DNA of 42,124 bases from Callorhinchus milii (taxonomy: Eukaryota): NCBI RefSeq assembly GCF_018977255.1, contig NW_024705470.1, positions 1 through 42,124 of the forward strand. Reading direction: 5' to 3'. Under the pieces are notes generated by a model, which worked only from the letters and a program-made list of their open reading frames with translations, was not told where the DNA came from and searched no databases. The position numbers and the translations under genes are program-made. The first letter of the stretch is position 1. Every line of letters starts with the position of its first letter. Of this stretch, positions 36,012 to 42,124 are shown one piece after another.

Positions 36012-39000
36012 ATAGAGTGCTGAGCTATTGTTCACTATGCAAATTCGTGAACAAACCTGCCAGGAGGCTGCGTATGGGACAGCCAAGGATGCATGTATCT
36101 CACGAACGAGATGGTTTTTATAAGACGCCCAGTGAAAAATACTTCGCTAAGATTTTAGGGCGGCCCCCGAGCTTCAATAGGAAAACACCGTGCCTGAAGA
36201 CCGGTGGCAGGGCGAAGGCTTGGGCGGCTTTGCGAGAGCTCGCGTGGCTAGCGCAACTTGTCCACAATGATTACGCGAGACTTGGGTGACCATAACCACG
36301 AACAAGTCCAAAGTTGCCCTCCTTTCCGAAGACCAACAGTGGAAACCAATGATCATGATTTGCCTCAAGTTGGAATGTAGTGAGAACGTGCGTCAAACAG
36401 AGACCGGCGCGCACTTCGCTCCGGCAACAACTGAGCGAGAATAGGGATTCAATTGTGTACGCAATAGGTCGCGGGAGTTTCCGAATACGATATCACGGAC
36501 CGGGAGGGAACGTCTACCAATGCGGGTTGGGGGTTTACCTGCTTACTTCCGGCGTTATGCGTGTTCCATCACAGCCGCTGAACTTTCGTGGCCGGGTGGA
36601 GCCATACAGAAGGAAACTCTCTTGTATATCACCCCTTCTCCGACAAGTACTTGATGGACCCTAAGATCATCTGCAGCTCACCCTCGCCATAAATAGGTGG
36701 GGACGAGGCGTTACCTATCGTGGCGGAATAATGGTTGTAACTCCCGACTATTGAGGAGCAGGTCAGATCGAGCGATAGAATCCCTGTCTTCTAGAATTTA
36801 GAGAAGAGATGATATCACGGAATGTAATGTACATTGATTGCTGAATAGCACAACGGCTCAAGTAGACGGGCTACAGCAATTCTAACCTGCGAGGTAATTT
36901 TTCTAACATTTTTGCACACACGCAAACCTCAAGAATCGGAGCATGGACGCCCTCCGTGACGCTTTGGAATGGTAGAGGATGTTATTTCACGTTCAGTCCC
37001 TGCTATAAAGGTTTCGTTCGCCTGGTATCACGGGTTTATGTGCGGACTATAGGAACCATTCTGCTACTATCTACGTAACGGCTCTATATATAAGAACTAT
37101 AGATCACAGCTTGTCGAAGGCGCGGTATCTCCGACGAACTTGTTCGGGGCGCGCTGAACAAGGACCCTCCCTCCTGTGGCGTTTATTATTGACTCAAGGA
37201 CCCGAGTTACCTTGCTCAGCGGCGCTTTGACCTCTTCATTGCACACGGAACGCACCGTCCAGGCCTATTTAACTCCGGCATATTTCCCTGTCTATCTCCG
37301 GGCAAACTTCCGTCAAACCCGATAATAGCCCCGAAATCCCTAAGCGACGAATTGGGCCATTCCCGGTGAGCAACCACACGGATTCAGAAACTTCTGGCGA
37401 ACCATCCTAAGGATCTGAGCTGCTCGTGGAGAAAACTTCCCTCGGAGTTAACATCAGTTTGCTTAGACAATCATCCGATACATGCATACAAGAGCGTTCC
37501 CTCTCGTTTCAGGATCCGTCAACCCATATGTTGTATCTTGACAATGCATTGAAGACGATATCGGCGAAGGTATGCTCAGCCAGAAGGTCATTAGAGATAC
37601 CTAAAACCAAAGCTAGTAAATAATCCAGCTAGCATGGATGTTCGCAAGAGGAGATGAAATGTGTTCGAGGAATGAAGACATGAATGTGCGGGACGATATC
37701 AGCCTTACAGGGATAGACTAAAATCGACACGCGGTAGTCTCATCAGGTCATAGCCTTACCACAGGGGAGGGAAGGTGTAGGAGAGTTTATTGTAAGTTAT
37801 GAATAATATGATGGACCCGAAAGCTATAACGTATGGTGTTAGACCTATATACGAGTGTTGGGCCAGAATCGGTGTGTCCAGAAGATATGGAGTCGTCGAG
37901 GCGCTACGTTTAATAGACAGGCCGGACCAGATGGGTGCGCGATAAATAGGCGAACTGCTTTCCCTAACAACTCTACGTGACCCCTGGGAGGCCACGTTGA
38001 CGGTAAACGCAATATATAGATCTAACATTTTCACCCTTGGCACGAAACTCTATAATTGTGTTGGTGGGTAAAATGTTGTCCTTTCTCTCATAGCTGTGCC
38101 AGTAGGGTACAGGTAGGGCTTCGGGATAGAGCAAACCAGGCCAATTATCCTTCTCTTTGGTCTTCCTTATTTGTGAACTTGAATGCGATGCAACTCGTAG
38201 GCTGTCACCCGGGACAAATAAACTCATCTAACTGCATCGAGGCTTACATGTTCCGGAAGTCCCATATTCGGTCTTATAGGCAAAGTCCGGCTACTGCTTG
38301 CGTAGACAGACCTTTAGCCTTCGCCGATGAATTTGGGCTTCACTTTCTGCCGGATTTGTGGTTATCAGAGGTCATCAAAGATCACCGGCAGTCTGCCGAC
38401 TTTCAGGGATGTAAAAACCTTCATCTGGAAATGGGATTGAGCTCCACTTCACCTGACTACGCCGCTCTCCGGAGCGGCGGAGGGCCGGAATCGCATGTTC
38501 GTGTCAACTTATGATTCAAATTTGCCCCGGACTACCCCTATCGTGGGTGGGGGGTTTTAAGTCCATTTACCTGTTTATTATAAGGGGGTTGAGTTTAGAC
38601 GACAATCTATATGACTCGCGGAGTAACTTTCTGTCCCGTTACGTCCCAGCGAATGCAGGATTCTATGCGTACCTAAGGGGCGATTGTCCCAGTCATATGA
38701 AGGAAACTACTGACGATGAGCTTGGAGAGTGTTGAGGGGGTTTGACTGATATAGATTTAGTCGACGAATCAAATTTTTCGTTAGGGGGACCATATATTCC
38801 TCCTCGTTTTACATAATCTCTTGCTCACTACACAGTGGTCTTCTCACTGTACAGAGAACAGAACATCTCCGTGACCTGGTCTTCTCCCGAGGTTGTTCCG
38901 ATGTTTTTACATCTGTAACGAATCTCGTTACGACAACTCACCTCCTTTGCGTACGCTGACACTGTGTTTATAGCTCTGATGGACGGATATTAGTCCACCG

Positions 39001-41685
39001 AAAGAAATCCGTCGTCAGTTGTCCCTACCATGTGTCGACCTTTTAGGTTTTCAGTGGCGACCTGAGAGAGTGGAATCAGAGCGAAAAAAGGAGCAATGGT
39101 AAGTCACCGTTACACAAACTTGTTTCCAAGCTGTAATTGTAAGTACGGGAAATCAGCAGAAAGAGTGACGGGCCCGTACCGCCTGCGTACTGGAAGGATG
39201 ACAGGAACCGGGAAAAGGCTTAACGTAGCACTCACCTCGAATATGTTCCTCGGAGTTTCCGGTAGTTACTAAGTCGGGAGCGAGTCTGGATGTGGCGTCG
39301 ATACTCATCTTCACTTCATGGTCAACGTTGGGTGTCCCCGACGACAACTAGAAGCACGGATGGTGCGGAGTTCCAGGTCGATATGGGATACATGTTTAGA
39401 TCTGGACTGACCCCTTAATCCAAGACTCAAGGGTCAGATCCGAGTGTTGGCCGCTGGCCAGATAAAGGAAGGTGATTTCTCTTCGTTCTCCTATCGGTGA
39501 TATGAGTCTAGACTTAGGGGCCACTCTTTGGACCAAGGGGGTTATAAGAAACAAACCTTAGCAACCGCGATTAGAGTCCTCCCTGCTTTAAGCGTGTTTT
39601 ATGGCCGTATGTGCCCTGTACTATTACACTCTCCGTAGTAAACCACCGACTCGCTGCTTACCGACGTTATAGAAGCTTCATAAGACTAACTGGCGGCGCG
39701 CTGCATCCCCTGGATTGAGCTCGCAGTCATGCCGGTAATTCCGCACGCGATATGTTAACGTGGGCACCCGGATAGTGGACTTTCAAGATGGCGGGTACGC
39801 AAATCATGAGATGCGGGAAACCAACAAACATGTAGTATTGGGACATCTCCGCGGTAGCTACGATAGTGATTAGTAGACCATGGCCGACACTCGCCCTACC
39901 TGTGGGGACTCTTTGCTCCATTTGGTAACTAGCTTTACGCGAACGTGAGCACCACATATGTGGACTACCGTCCCCGCGATTCACCGGAATTAGGACCAGT
40001 GCTGGCTAAGGGGTGAAGTTCTTGTGCCCTATTAAGGGATTTGCATGTATACCAATGCTGCGCCGCAGGTACAGTCCTTTAACCTGAGTCGTAATCGGGG
40101 AGAGTAGACCATCTCGCGAATCGAGGCCGATTGCGTGGGCAATCGTCTTGTCTCGAATGTAATGTCAGTGCGCTCTTGCGTCACACACGATGCGGCGTAT
40201 GTAACAGATTTCGGCGATAGATACTAAGTCAAGCTGAAGTCATGCAAAAAGTACCGAGAGCTAATGTATAAGAATTTACTACTTACCTATTCGGCCTTAC
40301 CTACGACTGTTCCATGTTCTAGAGAGTTTTGTGATCGATTACGAAATCGGGGCTTTTGGATACAGGCGTTACAATAATCCCCCCGCAGGTAATCTACATT
40401 TATGACTTGGTAACCGACGGTTCACGTACTAGGACTCCCAACTGTACTGCATCGCTATCATTGCCAGCAAACTTAACAGTGCCCCATTGTCAACAGAACT
40501 AACGTATCATAACGCCCTAAAATATCAACATTTTACAGGTCCACTGCCAGATCGACCGCTGCTCGTAGTGTAGGCGACCGTAACAATCCTTAAGGGGGCT
40601 ACACTATAGTTGGTAACCGTTTAGTACTATGACCGTCTTCGCTGTGCGGCATCGTACCACAGCACTTGCAATTTTGTCACCAGCAGAAATGCTACAACAT
40701 AGACTTTAACGCGTCTGACTCACTCGCGTTGATGAAAGTGGAAGAAGCCTAGAAGCCCCTTATATTTATCGCTCCAGTATATTCTGAGCCGTCGAACCGT
40801 TATGGGATACTTGAACGATGTTACGCATGCAGGGCTTCGATTGCTGGCTGAAGATGGACCCTCGCGGGTGGTGCAGCCATCCAAAGGCGAGTACACATTC
40901 TGCCGGGAGGAGCAGTCCATGTTTTGCAACTGACGCTGGAGCCGTGCACCCTGGGCAGAACTGCTTCGCAGCAGGGCAGCGCGAGGTATCCACCATTTAT
41001 TCATCCACCTAAATCTCTCTAAATACGGAATAAGCTACAGGCCGACAGCATCCCACAACAATTAGCCATCGGAAGCTACGGGATAAGTCCAAGTCCGTTT
41101 GCATGCGACCAGATGCACATGGATGTCTTGCTACCCGAAAAGAATTACAGGAGCTGCAGAGTGTCGTTGGAAAGGAAATTGGGATGAGTGCCTTGTTTCC
41201 AGAGTTGCTGGATCCAGTCTTGCGCCATAAGGGGTCAACGTCGTAGTCGCCTGATTGGATGTTATATGGAGTAGGACCGGCACCCTAGTGGTCTTAAATC
41301 GCCAGCTTATTGATGTTTCCAACCTATCTTGACATTCTATATTAGCCGATCTTCCACACAAGCTGCATTCAGCCATCTGGGAGGAATATAGCGGAACATT
41401 CAGCGTGCGTGATATACAGTCGACATGCGTGTGTCAAACAAGATAACAGTATTCATCCTGAAGCCCACTTCTACATCTAATTTATGGAGAAGGCACGGCG
41501 GCTTACCCGCTAGCAAATTGATGATAGGTATTGAAACCGAGGAACTCCTCATGACGACTTTTCGGTGTCCCTTCCTGAATAAATGCCACATTACGTGGTG
41601 GGCGATTCCACCAAGACGGTAGTGAAACTGCGTGGCCGAGCTATCTTAAGACTATCGGCTAGAGAGAAGGACCCCAATGAATGAT
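36012..41685. other. Featureless random-like sequence block, possibly shuffled or synthetic
   Basis: Near-equal base use, frequent CpG and TpA, no microsatellites or long A/T runs, none of the local repeat families, longest ORF 152 aa with no motif. The right boundary is approximate. Confidence 0.7.
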
Positions 41686-41699
41686 TAACCCAGCATCAG

Positions 41700-42010
41700 T
41701 TTTTGTCTATCACATCAGGTTTTTGAGATATAAAATATTGCATTTTCAATACAAACTGCGGAAGAAAAATATTAAATAAATGTGGATATCTACATAAAAT
41801 GATATTGTAAACACACTATCCTAAACATACAGCACCATATTTTAACACTAAAGCAGTCACTGACTCGCAACAACTTGCAATCATAAGTGACAGAGTTAAT
41901 GTCTGGTAAAATCAATGAAAATGGGGTATGCCGATAGCATAAAAATGAGATGTGATAGAGCAAATCTGAGATCAGATTTGGAATCAGCACCCTGAAATCA
42001 GTCTAAAACT
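41700..42010. mobile_element. Possible DNA-transposon subterminal fragment
   Basis: AT-rich natural-looking sequence with a caaatctgagatcagatttg hairpin and gaatcagcaccctgaaatc. Family not identified. Confidence 0.25.
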
Positions 42011-42124
42011 ACACACACCACACACAGACAAAGCTACCCCAGGTAGCTCTAACAGGGCTGTAGGGGCAAATGCTGTTAGTAGCAAGTAACAGCAGCAGTG
42101 TCTATGTACTACACACACCAGGCA

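Noticed and set aside
36012..41685. ORFs of 63-152 aa and short repeats such as gatatcacgg, tggtcttctc and ttggtaaccg
   Set aside because: Lengths and counts fit random sequence; no motifs, regular spacing or operon-like layout.

Overview
Eukaryotic, repeat-rich genomic DNA. The repeat style suggests a lamprey or fish-like vertebrate; this is inference only. 1-10.6 kb: tandem or segmental duplicates of a ~3.1 kb unit carrying two frameshifted C2H2 zinc-finger genes. 10.7-21.5 kb: mini/microsatellites, the 3' end of a HERO-like (RLE) non-LTR retrotransposon, a probable decayed Maverick/Polinton remnant, a ZNF pseudogene, a Vingi-like LINE split by a solo LTR, and long GT tracts. 22.66-34.23 kb (minus strand): a 13-exon, ~572-aa class-II DYRK (DYRK4-like) kinase that I assembled by hand. 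Its catalytic residues are intact but its activation loop lacks the DYRK YxY motif. The upstream region is TATA/CRE-rich and contains a PIF/Harbinger-type MITE. The most striking recurring structure is at least 11 short Penelope-like insertions. Most are asymmetric fold-backs, eight have 9-20 bp target-site duplications, and several carry minimal type-I hammerhead ribozyme motifs. A second family with the same architecture is also present. After a 30-N gap (35982-36011) comes ~5.7 kb of featureless, random-looking sequence in which I found no gene, repeat or array; it looks artificial or shuffled. No CRISPR array or prokaryotic system is supported.
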